From Eledone cirrhosa (taxonomy: Eukaryota): a stretch of DNA of 64,000 nt. The notes beneath the pieces were generated by a model that saw nothing but the letters and a program-made list of their open reading frames with translations, had not been told where the DNA came from and did not search any database. Of the stretch, positions 13,595 to 27,145 are shown piece by piece. Location of the stretch: the NCBI GenBank assembly GCA_964016885.1, contig OZ024751.1, positions 16,244,001-16,308,000 on the forward strand, given 5' to 3'. Within the stretch, counting starts at the first letter, position 1. Every line of letters begins with the position of its first letter. The position numbers and the translations under genes were made by a program.

Positions 13595-13656
13595 CATATG
13601 CGTGTATGTATATATATGTATATATATATATATACGTTTATATGTGTTTATATACC

Positions 13657-13710
<54 letters not shown>

Positions 13711-13712
13711 TA

Positions 13713-13817
<105 letters not shown>

Positions 13818-14120
13818 CACGTCTATGCTACTCCCGCTTCTACTAACGACCAGTACACGTGAAGGTCACGTTTACGGCCCCATTCGATCCTGCACTAGCT
13901 GGCTGAGGGCAATATATTTGCCGGCTGTGGGACTTTATGTTCTATCTGAGGGAAAATGCTTTCTAAAGAGCCGAACTTTCCATTGGAAGTCCCTCGCATT
14001 TCCAATCTTTTGTGGGGCGAAACCGTCGGTAAAAGCAATATGGATAGGTAAATATTTAAATTATATTTTTTGAATTTATTTTGAAAGATTGTTTGAATGT
14101 TACTTGTTAACGCTTATCTC

Positions 14121-14386
<266 letters not shown>

Positions 14387-14680
14387 CATATATAGATATA
14401 GATATATACTTGTGAGTATGTTTTTGTCTGTGTATGTGCATGTGTTTGTATATGTATATATGATGTTTGGAATGTATGCATGTATATAACTGCTTCCATA
14501 TAGCTCTAGGTAGGCACCATGAGACTTTCACCTTTATATCAGGAAGTAGACACGAAGTTAGAGGAACGAGCCAGTCGTTAATGCTTCAATATAGATGTAT
14601 TGAAAAAAGTATATAAAATGCATCTACACACACACATTTCCACCCACCATCATACACTCAAACACACACATATATATATA

Positions 14681-14713
<33 letters not shown>

Positions 14714-14739
14714 TTATAATATATATAAGATGTATAATG

Positions 14740-14945
<206 letters not shown>

Positions 14946-14995
14946 CATATATAATATATATATACTTATATAATATATATATATATACTTATATG

Positions 14996-15054
<59 letters not shown>

Positions 15055-15057
<3 letters not shown>

Positions 15058-15325
15058 GGAGGTGAGTTTTATTGTAGTACAATAAAGCAATGCAGATATC
15101 GGATAAGAAGCACTCTACAGTTTGTAGGACTGGAGTATACATAATATAAGATCAAAAGATGTTGATTTAAAACTGCACTATCCACAAGTGTTTTTTAGCC
15201 TTCATATCATGTTCTCCTGTTTTATCTGATGAAAACACAAATATTATTGCATGATGATGTTTGTTTTTGAAATGCGCATAATAAAATACATGGAACTCCT
15301 TTAACTATCTTTTGATCTTATATTA
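15055..15325. mobile_element. FB-B fold-back copy with intact HHR at 15220-15286 (plus)
   Basis: TTTTAT CTGATGA AAACACAAATATTATTGCATGATGATGTTTGTTTTT GAAA TGCGCA TA ATAAAA. Confidence 0.85.
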
Positions 15326-15409
15326 TATATATATATATATATATATATGTGTCGACACACGATTTCATATAAAAAACCTCGCAAAACTAATTCATCGCCG
15401 CTATATATA

Positions 15410-15449
<40 letters not shown>

Positions 15450-15760
15450 TATATATAGGATGTATTATTATACACATAACCTTTAACGTATGTATGATTC
15501 TTCTAAAAAGGTTCTATTTCCTGATTTATGCAAATATTTGCTCGTCGCAATTTCCTCTGTCTGCCAACTACCATATCTATATATTCTAAGTATTTGCTAG
15601 ACACACTATTTATTTGCATAAATATAATTGCATAAGAATATTTGTTGTGAGGGGCCTACCTATACACACACACACACTCTCTCACAGATATTTTTGTATA
15701 CATATATATACACATACATATACATATTTATATACATATGTAAGTATATAAGTAGATATT

Positions 15761-15798
<38 letters not shown>

Positions 15799-15799
15799 C

Positions 15800-15830
<31 letters not shown>

Positions 15831-15989
15831 TGTATGTATGTATGTATGTATGTATATATGTATGTATATATGTATATGTAGTATCACAACGAATCTCGAT
15901 TGGCTTCTACATGTCTATAAAAGTTTATATTCTCTTGCATGAAAGGATGAACTTACCTGCTTGTGTCTGTATAACACCGAATGTTTATC

Positions 15990-16039
<50 letters not shown>

Positions 16040-16178
16040 TGCAAACACATACATATATATATGTGTGTTTGCAAACTTATATTTGTGTTCGTCTGTTTAT
16101 ACGTCGCGTCTCTCTGTTGTCATTCCAGCGTCTATTATATTACTTCACATCCTTCGATGTCGTATCTACTTTGATTAA

Positions 16179-16284
16179 ATCATCATCATCATCATCATCA
16201 TCGTCATCATCATCACCATCACCATCATCATCACCATCATCATCATCCTCATCATCGCAGTCCTCGTCATCATCATAAGCATCG

Positions 16285-16315
<31 letters not shown>

Positions 16316-16328
16316 CACCATCATCATC

Positions 16329-16359
<31 letters not shown>

Positions 16360-16400
16360 TCATCATCGCAGTCGTCGTCGTCATCATAAGCATCATCATT

Positions 16401-16433
<33 letters not shown>

Positions 16434-16446
16434 GCAGTCGTCGTCG

Positions 16447-16499
<53 letters not shown>

Positions 16500-16526
16500 G
16501 TCGTCGTCGTCAGCATCATCATCATC
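16179..16526. repeat. (CAT)n/(CGT)n trinucleotide microsatellite
   Basis: About 115 CAT-type triplets. Confidence 0.95.
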
Positions 16527-16698
16527 TTTATTAATATTATTATTATTTGGAAATTCCGTTCAGTTCTGCTTCTTTGCGAAATCATGTCGCGTGTCAACGT
16601 TGTTTACAGTGAAATGTCACACAAATGATGCCTCAGGGGCAGAGACAACAGTAAATGCACTTGCATCATCATCATTATTATCATTGCAGCATAGGGCG

Positions 16699-17312
16699 GT
16701 GGATTGGCAAAGGGCGGTGGATAGACAGTATCGGTATAGGGTCGGACGCCATGCTTTGATGCAAAGAGTTACGGCCTTTTTACGATCTGAGTTCAAATCC
16801 CGCCGAGATTAACTTTGCCTTTCATCCTTACGGGGTCGATACAATAAAGTACCAGCAATGCACTGGGATAATTGCTGGCCTTGTCCCCAAAGTAGAAATA
16901 ATTATTATTGCAGCAGAGAGTTATGGCTCTTTACGTTCTGAGTTCAAATCCCATCGAGGTTAACTTTGCCTTTCGTTCTTACGGGGTCGATTAAATAAAG
17001 CATCAGTAATGCACTGGGGTAATTGCTGGCCTTGTGCCAAAAAGTAGAAACGATTATTATTATTATTATACAATATTTAATAATTTATTACATTTTACAC
17101 AACATTTATTTCTAATTAAGGCACAAGGCCAGCAAATTTGGGGGAAGAGCAAACGATCAAATAAACCCAAGAAATTCGCCGGTATTTTATTTATCGCACC
17201 AGGAAGGATAAAAGTTGAACTCCGCAGGGCTTGAACTCAGAATGTAAAGAGCCAGTACAAAATGCCGTAATAGAATTTTATCCGATGCTCTATCGATTTT
17301 GCCAATCCGCCC
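16699..17312. mobile_element. SINE-M cluster (two plus copies, one divergent minus copy)
   Basis: Meta-like core and tail motifs. Confidence 0.8.
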
Positions 17313-17867
17313 TCCTTATTACATATTTTACAATATTACCATTCTGCAAACTTTGACGCAGTATAGCTAAATGTTTAAGAAGGTCGCTTCGCAATCATAT
17401 GATTCTTGGTTCAATATCCTTGCACAGCATCGTGAGCGTATGTGATTTTACACACAACCTCACATCGATCAAAGCCTTGTGAGTGATTTTAGATAGAGAT
17501 GAGGCTCTTTAGAAGGTCGTTGAATTGGATTGACAATAACTTTAATTCAATGGTCCAATTTTAACACACGCTGTGTCACACTAAATATATTGCTTTTTAT
17601 GGAATAAAGAAAAACCAACTTGCAGACAAATTTAATTTTTCCATATAATTTAATCTCATGAAATATAAACAGATTCTGTCACTGAATATTTAAATATTTT
17701 TTTCTCATTAATGAGATAAAAAAAAATTTCTACTCACCTGGTTATTATATTATCATATTTTCAAATTAACACCTTTCAACGAACCGCGAAAACAAATATG
17801 TTTATTTAATAAAGCCTGTGTTAATAACACAAAAACCTATAGTGATTAAGGTGTCAAAAACCTATAG

Positions 17868-18156
17868 TGATTATGATCGTAAGGAAGTGAGTTTGATTCC
17901 AGGCGATATGTTGTGTCCTTGAGCAAGACATTTTATTTCACGTTGTTTCATCCACTAAGCTGGTAAAAATGAGTTGTACTTGTAATTTAAAGAGCCATGT
18001 GTTGTCATACACAGTGTCATGGTGAATATACCCGAGAACTAAGTTAAAGCTACAAGTGTTTGACAAATGCTCAGTCACTTGCATGGTTATTTCGCCAGCA
18101 GGCTGTTTCATTGTTCACACAACTAGAACACTCATCGTCTAAACTGACAGAGGTAC
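17868..18156 (+). mobile_element. Second tRNA-SINE type with CORE-like TTGTGTCCTTGAGCAAGACA motif (SINE-C; related pieces at 17365-17510, 30035-30350 minus, 36740-36830 minus, 37560-37760 minus, 53485-53692 plus)
   Basis: The 53485 copy shows A-box TAGCTGAGTGG and B-box GAGTTCGATTCC, then GTTCTTGAGCAAGACACTTTATTTCACGTTG. Confidence 0.7.
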
Positions 18157-18374
18157 AGCAGACTTGTTAATAAGATCGTGGTTCCAATGGAGAAAACAAA
18201 CAGAGCCACTGAACATTTGGAAATGCACAAATAATCTTTTTCCAGTCAAACGTGTGATGGTTTAAGGTAAAAAAAAACCTGGGCTTTGAAACAGTGATGT
18301 CAATCAATTATTCTACCAACTAGAAGATCCATATCAAAATTATGGAGATTGCTCGTAGCGTTAGCAAAGGATAA

Positions 18375-18816
18375 TAATTGTTTCTACTTTAGGAACAAGG
18401 CCAGCAATTTGAAGGGGAGAGGGAAGTCGATTAAATCGACCGCAGTACTCACTGGTGCTTTATTTTATCGACCCCGTAAGGATGAAAGAAAATGTTAACC
18501 TCGGCGGGATTTGAACTCAAAACGTAAAGGGACATAACCTTATGCAGTAAAGCATAGTGTCCGACGCTCTACCGATTCTGACAATCCACAAGGATAATAA
18601 TTGTTTCTACTTTTAGCACAAGGCTAGCAATTTGTTGAAGGGAAGGGGAAAGTCGATTAAATCGATCCCAGTGCTTTACTGGTGCTCGATTTTATCGACC
18701 CCGTAAGGATGAAAGGCAAAGGTAACCTTGGCGGGATTTGAACTCAGAATGTAAAGGGCCGTAACTTTATGCTGCAAAGAATGGTGTCTGACGCTCTACC
18801 GATGCAGCCAATCCAT
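18375..18816 (-). mobile_element. Two tandem SINE-M copies (long variant with internal GTCGATTAAATCGAC hairpin)
   Basis: Reverse-complement match to SINE-M. Confidence 0.85.
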
Positions 18817-20099
18817 TGCATTTGGATGATAAGAGCAGCCGGTGACTCGTAATATGAGAGAACACAGCATAACTGTGGTGAAATATAACAAATAAAACGA
18901 AATAAAAAATAATGATAAAACAATACAATACAAAATAAAAATAAAAATGAGGGAAACGTTAAAGAATAAACATGAAAGTAATAGTTGTGAATTTTATTGA
19001 TCGTTACTTCATATAATTAATGCAATACAAATGTTCATAATGGTCGGCGATCTGATAGCATGTGTAAACAACCTATTGAGGCATAGTTCATATCATCACA
19101 GATTGATTCCGTTACCCAAACAAATAAACAAACAAAACAAAACAATACAAATAAATACCATAGTTATCAACCGAGGATTTATAATAGGGTAATCAATATT
19201 TGAATCTGGGTCTCAAGATGTACGGCAAATAAAACATGCAAAACTAGACATTACCAGATATGAAAAATCGGTATCTGATAAAATAATGAACATGAACATG
19301 TAAATTGAGATTTATAGATAACCCCTATGCAATTGGCATCCTAAAAGTTTGCATCACATAGGAGATTTCCCGGTTGTTTTAATGATAGGGGCCCCAGTTT
19401 TGTCATGAAAAGCAATGTTAAAACAACGTGACGCCCAGTATAGAAATTGAACCTACGACCATACGATGGTGAATTTAATATCCTAACAACTAAGTCAAGT
19501 TGAGCCACATAAGGTGTTCCTGTTGAATATACCCAGAAGTTTAAAATATATAACAGTCACCTTAGGGATTTAAATTGTATCCACCCCATTGAGGGAAAAC
19601 ACCGTTTTAGTCCTAAAAACTAAAAGAACAACGCCCTAAAATCCATAACCTACCTTCATAGAGCCTACAAAATTTTAACTATAATATTTCAGATATGCAG
19701 AAGGGTTGAGCGAAGGGCTAGCGATCTTTTCTCATACAAAAGCTGATAATACTGAAGCCGCTCAACTGTTTCCCCGAACTGCACTACAGAACTAAAGAAA
19801 TAATAATTAAATAATAATATTTATTATTATCATTAAGTGGGCGATGTATTGACTGAGTAGTTAGAGCGTCGAATAAATACTTGATAGTGTTTGTTCCGGC
19901 ACTTTATGTTTTCGCCGAGGTCAACTTTGCCTTTCATCTTTCCGGGGTCATTAAAATAAAGTACCAGTTAAGTAGAGGTTTTGCTGGTCTTTTGCCAATA
20001 TTAGAATAATTATTATCCAAAAACATATATAAGCGAATTACAACAAACAGATATAGAAATATTTAGGAAGCAATGAATAAAACGCTTCCAAACACACAA

Positions 20100-21845
20100 T
20101 TGAAATAATCGTTTAAGAAGGAATATCGAAGACGCTTTAATGGAGCTGGAAATGGAGCAACATGAAAAATATTTTAGCTTTCCCAGTAATAATTTATAAT
20201 TTTCTAAATTAGGTGTTAAATAAATACGCTTGGATAGTGAAACACGACACAAAACCTGACGGATGTAGAAAGATAATGAACACATATATAGAAAAACTAT
20301 TATAAATAGAAAAACTATTATAAAGAGGAAAACGTATTATATTCTACAGTGGAACAATGAAGATAGGTTGTAAAGGATAATGGAATACTAATACAGAAAG
20401 CTATAAATCTCAAACAATACAAAAGCAATTTTTGTTCTTCTTATAAACTAACAAATACAAAATAGAGATTGAAATGACAAATAGTTATAAAGAGAAAGAA
20501 GAAACAGAAAAAAATGTAAAAAATGTTGAAACCTAGTCTAAAAAATGTGACTATCGAATGACATGCTAAAGCGGTGACAGACAAACTCCTGTACAGCGAA
20601 TATCTCGTAAGACAAAAGAATGTGGAAATATACGGGAAAAAAAAATTGGAAACTATGGCTAAGAAGCGTTGGACGTAATGCTGAGACTACAGGATCTTTG
20701 ATTGTGACACAAGATGAAAACCTTCTCAAGAGAAACCACCAAAAGCATGTAATAAAACCGAATACACTGTAGTAAATATCTGCTGTATATGTGAAGGTGA
20801 TGAAGAAAAAAACGAAGCCTATAGGTTCTAGCTGCCCACTAGGCCTATAGATTCTGGCTACCCACTCGGTCTATAGGTTCCAGATGCCCATTAGTTAGGC
20901 TTATAGATTCTGGCTGCCCATTAGGCTTATCGATTCTGGCTGCCCACTAAGCCATTAGGCGTATAGCTTCTGGCTGTCCATTTGGCCTTTAGTTTTTGGC
21001 TGCACATAAGGCTGCACTCTGGCTGCCCACTGACCCTATAGATTCTAGCTGCCCATTAGGTCTTTAGATTCTAGCGCCCAGTAAGCCTATAGATTCTCGC
21101 TGCCCATTAGACCTATAGATTCTGGTTGCCCACTAGACCTATAGATTCTGACTGCCCGTTAGGCCTATAGATTCTGGATGCCCATTCTTAGCTCAGAAAG
21201 AATAGTTCTGCATGCACGACAAAGATGGAGATTTTTATGAAACAGAATATATACACAAACAAATATGAACGGAACACATGTGTTGTAAACAATCAGTGCA
21301 ACGAAAGAAGTTTTTACAGAATGATAAAGCGATTATAATCTGGGATATACCAATCAATACTTCTACTTCCCCCACTTATTCCCGGGGGGACCGTAGGAGT
21401 AGAGTCCTCAAATACTCCTTCCAGCAGGTTTCAATACAAACAGGGATATTAAATTCAAGCAGCAAGTTACTGTTGCCAAGGATACGGGAGAAAGCAAAAG
21501 AAACATATCTCAAGTATCAATGTAACTATAAAAGTTATTGATAAATTATTCAAATATGAATATTCTGGGAAAAGAGATAACATGAATGTGTAGTCTGAAA
21601 AGGGATAAAATCCGTATATTAATAGGTGAATTGGGAGTGTTTAAAAACATGCAAACAAACACAGCAACAACAACAAAAAAACCCGCAGATCCTACACATA
21701 TTTAAAACACGTGGAAAATATCTCCACAAGTCACTGGACTTAAATAACGTAAAATACTTTTAATAGTAAAGAAAGCAAAAAACACCGAAGTAAAACACTG
21801 CGTATATCCAAGGCCATTCGCATTATTGCAGTGTAAACCCTCAGT
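20100..21845 (+). pseudogene. Highly decayed R4/Dong-like LINE copy
   Basis: Residual peptides WLRSVG.NAETTGSLIVTQDENL, CCICEGDEE, DSGCPFLAQKE...HDK and NDKAIIIWDIPI parallel the intact ORF at 22147-24612. Many stops. Confidence 0.6.
20815..21186 (+). repeat. ~25-bp minisatellite (AGGCCTATAGATTCTGGCTGCCCATT-like), about 14 copies
   Basis: Directly visible tandem units. Confidence 0.85.
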
Positions 21846-21892
21846 AAGAAATAAAATTACTGATATATGATGATGATGATAATGATGATGGT

Positions 21893-21954
<62 letters not shown>

Positions 21955-22059
21955 GTTGTCTCTTGAGGTCACTGGTTGTGACTTGGTGATAACTCGTATG
22001 AACATAAAGCAAGATAAATGCAAATAATAATAATAATAATAATATGACTGAGACTCAAA

Positions 22060-22097
<38 letters not shown>

Positions 22098-22120
22098 GTA
22101 AAATATAATAAATAATAGTA

Positions 22121-24690
22121 AAAAGCTAAATATTATCATAGAGGAATTGAAGCAACGCATTGTAGCAAAGAGTGCAAAAATCAGGCGATACGAGAACAGA
22201 GTCAGTCAGTATAAACAGAACCGCATGTTCGACAACAACCAGAAGATGCTGTTTGGACAGCTTGAGGGGAAAGAAAGAGGCAACGACTTGATCCCTGGGG
22301 CGGAACAAACTAAAACATTCTGGAGAGGAATATGGGAGCAGGATGTTAGACACAATGCCCAGGCAGGGTGGATTGAGACAGTACAGAGGGAGATCGGTGA
22401 GCAGGCACAACAACAAACTGATTTGAGTATCACAGTTGAAACTCTTAAGGGGCAGGCCAAAAAACTAACCAACTGGAAATCACCAGGCCCAGATGGTGTG
22501 CAGGGGTATTGGATTAAACATTTAACATCCCTCCACCCGAAGCTGAGGGCCATGTTCAATGACTGCTTGGTGTCGGGTGAGGTGCCAGAGTGGTTGACAA
22601 AAGGTACCACAGTTCTGATAATGAAAGACCGAATCAAGGGTAATGATGTTACCAACTCTAGACCTATCACATGTCTGTCCGTAATGTGGAAACTGTTGAC
22701 GAGCAATGTGTCTGAGGAAATCTACCATCACCTCCACACAAACAACTTGTTACCGGACGAACAGAAAGGATGCCGAAAGAAGTCACGTGGTACAAAGGAC
22801 CAGTTACTTATTGATAAGATGGTAATGGGGAATTGCAGGAGGAGACACACTGATCTTGCCATGGGATGGATAGACTACAGAAAGGCATTTGACATGGTGC
22901 CTCATTCCTGGATCACCAAAAGCCTGGAGATCTTCAGGGTGGCAGATAACATCAGACAGTTGCTAGGCAGGAGTATGGGGTCCTGGGAGACAGAGTTGAC
23001 ATCAACTGGAGTATCCTTGGGAAGCGTGAAGATCAAGAGAGGTATCTTCCAGGGAGATAGCCTGTCCCCTCTGTTGTTTGTCCTTGCCATGATGCCCTTG
23101 ACCATTATGCTGCGAAAAGTGAGAGCAGGATACAAGTTGGGAAGGGGAGAGCTTACCATCAATCACCTCCTCTTCATGGACGATCTTAAGCTCTTCGGGA
23201 AAAGTGAGAAGGAGTTGGATGTGCTTGTTGACACTGTCCGTATTTTCAGCAGTGATATATGTATGCAGTTTGGTATTGGTAAATGTGGAGTCATTGTGAT
23301 GAAGAGGGGTAGGTTGAGCAGAAGTAACGGGATCCAGATACCAACAGGTGAGATGATAAAGGAAATTGACTCTGAGGAAGGATACAAGTATTTGGGCGTT
23401 CTGGAGGCTGATGGCATAAAGAACAAAAAAATGAAGGAATTGTTAAGAACTGAATACATTCGGAGAGTAAGGAGCGTATTGAAGTCACATCTGAACAGCA
23501 GAAATGCCATAAGCGCAGTAAATTCCCGAGCTGTGTCTATTATTAGGTACAGTGCGGGAATTCTGAGATGGAATGTTGCTGAACAAAAAGAAATGGATAG
23601 GAAGACTAGGAAGCTATTGACTATCTACAACATGTTCCACAAGAGGAGTGATGTCGATAGACTCTACCTAAGGAGATCTGAGGGTGGAAGAGGTCTTATC
23701 AGCATAGAGGACTGTGTTCAGATGGAGAAAAACAACCTATACAAATACGTGACCTATAGTAAGGAGCCAATGCTCAGAACTGTACTGAAGGAGGGGACAG
23801 TAGGCCAGGGGCTGTCCAAGGAGGAAATAACATCAAGGAGGAAGAGCAGCCTTAAGGGAAAATCCCTTCATAGTACCTTCTTTGAGAAAACTGAATTTAG
23901 AGATCCACAGACATGGAACTGGTTGAGAAGAGGAGACCTCAAAAAGGCTACAGAAGGAATGCTAATGGCTGCGCAGGAGCAGGGCCTCAAAACGAAGTGG
24001 TTGAAGCACCATATCTACAAGGAGGAGGCTAGCCCACTGTGCAGGATCTGTGGAGAGAGAGAGGAGACTGTGGCTCACATTGTGTCCGAGTGTAAACACC
24101 TAGCCCAGACCCACTATAAGGGCTGGAGACACGATGTGATGGGCAGGGTGATCCACTGGCACCTGTGCAAAGTAAACAATTTGCCACATTCTGAGAAATG
24201 GTATGAGCATAGGCCAGAGGCGGTGATGGAGAACAATCAGGTGAAGGTGCTGTGGGATTTTAGGATACAGACGGACAAAAAACTGGAACACAATAGACCT
24301 GACCTGGTGGTTTTGGACAAAGAAAAAAGATCGTGCCTGATTGTGGATGTGGCCTGCCCGTTCGACACGAGAGTGCAAGAGAAGGAGAGGGAGAAAATTA
24401 ACCGATACCAGGACCTAAAGTGGGAGGTGAAAAGGATTTGGAACTGCCATGAAGTCAAAGTGATCCCGATTGTCATAGGCGCACTGGGGACTATCTCCAA
24501 AAGTTTCCAGGGATGGTTAAAGAAAATCGGCCCCTTCACGCTTTTTGGAACGCTTCAAAAGGCATGCTTGCTTGGAACAGCAAGAACCCTCCGATACGTC
24601 CTGAATATCTGAGGCTGCAGGTAGTGGCTTGCTATTCAATCCAACGGACTTTCCAGTTAACCAACATCAATGACTGAGATTCAAGGAATA
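22121..24690 (+). mobile_element. R4/Dong-like non-LTR retrotransposon, 5'-truncated, inserted in (TAA)n
   Basis: RT-CCHC-RLE ORF, ~75-bp 3' UTR ending GACTGAGATTCAAGG then (AAT/AAC)n. Same 3' end recurs at 22043-22062 and 26003-26165. Confidence 0.85.
22147..24612 (+). CDS. Reverse transcriptase, CCHC zinc knuckle and restriction-like endonuclease (N-terminally truncated, 821 codons open)
   Basis: KSPGPDG, RPITCLS, EQKG, IDYRKAFD, GIFQGDSLSP, LFMDDLK, YKYLG, CRICGEREETVAHIVSEC, RHD, HNRPDLVV..DVACP..EKINRY. Listed start is a TTG, not a true initiator. Confidence 0.92.
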   Translation: MKQRIVAKSAKIRRYENRVSQYKQNRMFDNNQKMLFGQLEGKERGNDLIPGAEQTKTFWRGIWEQDVRHNAQAGWIETVQREIGEQAQQQTDLSITVETLKGQAKKLTNWKSPGPDGVQGYWIKHLTSLHPKLRAMFNDCLVSGEVPEWLTKGTTVLIMKDRIKGNDVTNSRPITCLSVMWKLLTSNVSEEIYHHLHTNNLLPDEQKGCRKKSRGTKDQLLIDKMVMGNCRRRHTDLAMGWIDYRKAFDMVPHSWITKSLEIFRVADNIRQLLGRSMGSWETELTSTGVSLGSVKIKRGIFQGDSLSPLLFVLAMMPLTIMLRKVRAGYKLGRGELTINHLLFMDDLKLFGKSEKELDVLVDTVRIFSSDICMQFGIGKCGVIVMKRGRLSRSNGIQIPTGEMIKEIDSEEGYKYLGVLEADGIKNKKMKELLRTEYIRRVRSVLKSHLNSRNAISAVNSRAVSIIRYSAGILRWNVAEQKEMDRKTRKLLTIYNMFHKRSDVDRLYLRRSEGGRGLISIEDCVQMEKNNLYKYVTYSKEPMLRTVLKEGTVGQGLSKEEITSRRKSSLKGKSLHSTFFEKTEFRDPQTWNWLRRGDLKKATEGMLMAAQEQGLKTKWLKHHIYKEEASPLCRICGEREETVAHIVSECKHLAQTHYKGWRHDVMGRVIHWHLCKVNNLPHSEKWYEHRPEAVMENNQVKVLWDFRIQTDKKLEHNRPDLVVLDKEKRSCLIVDVACPFDTRVQEKEREKINRYQDLKWEVKRIWNCHEVKVIPIVIGALGTISKSFQGWLKKIGPFTLFGTLQKACLLGTARTLRYVLNI

Positions 24691-25020
24691 ACAATAACAA
24701 TAATAATGGTTTACCCTCTCTGCATGAGGTGCAAAAAAATGCAGAGCGTAACGGGCCATAACTCTATACTGCAAAGCATGGTGTCTGACGCTCTAACGAT
24801 ACTGGTTTTCTTTGCCACAAGCGTTGACATAATGTATAACATTAAGGGCCGGCCCAGGACAGTACAGGACGGTACAAATGGGCATCTCTGCGTGTAAAAA
24901 AAAAAAATAATAATAATATTAACAACAAACTGAAAATAGGGAAAAACGTCATAATACCTAAGAACACTGGATCCGCTATCTTGACTAAACCAGGAATTAA
25001 GATCAATCCTTGGGGAGGAA

Positions 25021-25061
<41 letters not shown>

Positions 25062-25063
<2 letters not shown>

Positions 25064-25405
25064 GGACCTGGAGATAGAAATTGGAAAAATGTGGAAATTG
25101 AGAACTAAAACAATACCAGTGGTTGTAGGCGCTCTAGGAATGATACCTAAGGGGTCTAATGATTACTTATCGCAAATCCCAGGAAACCCGCGTATGGGAA
25201 AAATACAAAAGATAGTACTAATGGGAACTGCCCATATACTAAGGAAGAGTCTGTCAATATAAGTACATCACAAGTCTAAACACCTAAAGATGCATGTGTG
25301 TGTGTATGTATGTTATTTCTTGAACATGGCGGACCTTGTTGTCTCTTGAGGTCACAGGTTGTGACTTGGTGATAACTCATATGAACATAAAGCAAGATGA
25401 ATGCA
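25062..25405 (+). mobile_element. 3' fragment of a second R4/Dong-like family between (TAA)n tracts (UTR piece also at 21955-22023)
   Basis: KDLEIEIGKMWKLRTKTIPVVVGALG...GTAHILRKSLSI stop, then a UTR ending in (AAT)n. Confidence 0.8.
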
Positions 25406-25437
25406 ATAATAATAATACTAAATAATGATAATAATAA

Positions 25438-25527
25438 TGCTTTCTTTATTAACCACAAGGGTTTACACAAAGTGGACATTAAGGACAGTACAGGACAATA
25501 CAGGACGGTACAAATGGGAATTTCTGC

Positions 25528-25532
<5 letters not shown>
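25438..25532 (-). mobile_element. LINE-like 3' end fragment with (ATT)n tail (also 24806-24897, 25929-25960, 43399-43460, 43611-43800)
   Basis: Repeated AGTACAGGAC..GGTACAAATGGG.AT.TCTGCGTGT and/or a minus-strand end CCTTGTGG(C/T)TAATAAA(T)GAAA..ATTATT. Confidence 0.55.
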
Positions 25533-25558
<26 letters not shown>

Positions 25559-25563
<5 letters not shown>

Positions 25564-26355
25564 TTTCTACTTTAGGCAGAAGGCCAGCAATTAACCAGTG
25601 CATTACTGGTACTTTATTTTATCGACCCCGGAAGGATGAAAGGCAAAGTCAACCTCGGCGGGATTTGAACCAGTGTATTACTGGTACTTTGAACAAAAAA
25701 AAATAATGATAATAATAATTGTTTCTACTTTAGGCACAAGGCCAGCAATTACCCAGTGCATTACTGGTACTTTATTTTATCGACCCCGTAAGGATGAAAG
25801 GCAAAGTCAACCTCGGCGGGATTTGAACTCAGATCGTAAAGGGACGTAACTATGCTGGAAAGCATGGCGTCCGACCTTCTACCGATACTGCCAATCCACC
25901 GCCATGATATAATAATGATAATAATAATGATTTCATTTATTAGCCACAAGGGCCGACATCTAATGATAATAATAATATTTTCAAAGATCTTTAAATAACA
26001 TTAGTCCAGCCCCGTTTTATGGAATACTTCAAAAGGCATGCTTGTTGGGAACAGCAAGATTCCTCCGATACGTCCTGAATATCTGAGGCTGCAGGTAGCG
26101 GCTTGATGTTCATTTGAATAAACTTTCCAGTTAAATAACATCAAGGAATGAGACTCAAAGAATAAGAATAATATTAATAATAACAATAATAGCAACAACA
26201 CAACAATGATAATGACAACAATAACAACAACAATAACGACAATAACAATAATAATTATTTCTACTTTTGGCACAAGGCCAGCAATTAAATCAGTGTATTA
26301 CTGGTACTTTATTTTATCGACCCCATAAGGATGAAAGGCAAAGTTAACCTCGGCA
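25559..26355 (-). mobile_element. SINE-M copies (25559-25670, 25717-25900, 26255-26355)
   Basis: Reverse-complement match, all abutting AAT-rich tracts. Confidence 0.85.
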
Positions 26356-26766
26356 ATAATAATGAAGATGATAGTAATAACAATGGTAATATTAATGATA
26401 ATTTTGAAATTAAACACATAAACAATTATGTTTCCATAGTTTTAATCAGATAGTATAACAGAATAATCACAAATGATTCGAAATAAATCGATAAGAAAGA
26501 AAATGAAGGAAGTAGGAAGAACAGTATTACAGATTTACGTTAACAGTTGTAAGAAATTAATCCAAAGAATTAGAATTAATATTTTTTCTCCATAAATTCA
26601 AATGATTCCATACATAATTATGCATGTATTCTTTTTGTTTTACACTACAATATATGTTGGTGATGTAACGCCTTACTTTCCCTTTCCCTATCTCTCTAAC
26701 ACTCTCACCCTTCTCTTTCTTTCTTTCTCTCTCACTCTTATAAAGTATTTTTTTCATATTCTAGAC

Positions 26767-26946
26767 CAGAGGTTCTCAAAGATTTTGCGCCACCGCCCTC
26801 CGACTCACGGCCACATAATACTTTCAGCGCCCCCAACCCTATTTCCAGAGAGACATGCCTATACGCCAGTGCCCCTGGACCTTCTTAACGCCCCCCCCCC
26901 TACCGGGCAGGGGGAGAGGCAGTACTACCCACTTTAAGAATCTCTG
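26767..26946. mobile_element. hAT (Charlie-like) MITE
   Basis: TIRs CAGAGGTTCTCAAA and TTTAAGAATCTCTG, with imperfect 8-bp TSD TTCTAGAC/TTCTAGCA. Confidence 0.7.
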
Positions 26947-26982
26947 TTCTAGCAGTATCTGTAATCTAAGCTGTCTATCGTG

Positions 26983-27145
26983 TTAGGGTTAGGCTTAGGA
27001 GTGGGATGGGTCAAGGTAGGGAGGGTTAGAATTAGTGATGTATTAGGGTTAGGGATGGGTTTATGTCAGTGTAAAGGTTTGGCGTTAATATTAGCGTTAA
27101 GTTTAAGGATAAGGTGAGAGTTACGGTTAGGGTTACGGTTAAGTT
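26983..27145 (+). repeat. Degenerate TTAGGG-like tract
   Basis: TTAGGGTTAGGCTTAGG...TTACGGTTAGGGTTACGGTTAAG. Confidence 0.6.

Noticed and set aside
22206-24539. Antisense ORFs overlapping the RT gene
   Set aside because: Shadow ORFs of a long coding region with no independent motifs.
26983-27145. Telomere or chromosome-fusion scar
   Set aside because: Short, highly degenerate and single-orientation. More likely part of a dispersed repeat.
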